Source: a virus | Length of the DNA stretch: 64,000 bases | Virus record (IMG/VR): IMGVR_UViG_3300045997_000112 | Span: 41,426 to 105,425 of that record | Direction: 5' to 3' (one strand) | Shown here: positions 63,850 to 64,000 of the stretch, one piece after another | Position numbering within the stretch: position 1 is the stretch's first letter | Layout: each line of letters opens with the position of its first letter | Notes under the pieces: generated by a model | Told to the model about the DNA's origin: nothing | The model's input: the letters and a program-made list of their open reading frames with translations, nothing else | The model's database searches: none | Program-made: the position numbers and the translations under genes

Positions 63850-64000
63850 ATGTACGTCAAGACCAGCAATGTCATCGAGGCCATCGAGGAGCGCCTCAAG
63901 ACCCGTGAGTCCAAGATCACGGAGCTCAACCTGCTCAAGGGCAAGGTTGCCGATCTCAGCGAGAAGGTCACGTCCAAGACCACTGAGGCGCTGGCCCGTG
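63850..64000 (+). CDS. hypothetical coiled-coil protein (partial, runs off window)
   Basis: AAGGAG RBS; MYVKTSNVIEAIEERLKTRESKITELNLLK. Confidence 0.75.
   Translation, partial: MYVKTSNVIEAIEERLKTRESKITELNLLKGKVADLSEKVTSKTTEALAR

Overview
The window is 64 kb of a high-GC (roughly two-thirds G+C) tailed phage genome, most likely a contractile-tailed (myovirus) actinobacteriophage; the gene order resembles Bxz1/cluster C-like phages (inference). From 1 to about 61,100 essentially all real genes are on the minus strand. In transcription order they are: a membrane-anchored HNH nuclease; large low-complexity proteins; a ~17 kb cluster of collagen-like fibre and receptor-binding genes with an embedded endolysin; a KTSC protein; an intein-containing large terminase; portal, scaffold and major capsid; tRNA-Asn; an HNH nuclease; an Acb2/Tad1-like protein; neck, sheath, tube, tail chaperone and tape measure; two M23-peptidase tail proteins; baseplate genes; small accessory genes; then DnaC-like and DnaB-like replication genes. 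After a structured non-coding switch region (~61,100-61,710), small early-type genes run on the plus strand, separated by repeated palindromes and a covarying hairpin repeat. Most striking observations: (1) a modular fibre system in which knob domains are split across gene boundaries, suggesting strand-complementation assembly, plus five paralogues sharing an N-terminal docking domain and three length-matched collagen/lectin chains; (2) a dispersed palindrome CAANNTTG, about 50 copies counted by eye, that forces rare codons and sits at promoters; (3) a probable +1 frameshift in the tail chaperone; (4) covarying structured repeats in the early region. All assignments are by motif recognition only; no database searches were run.
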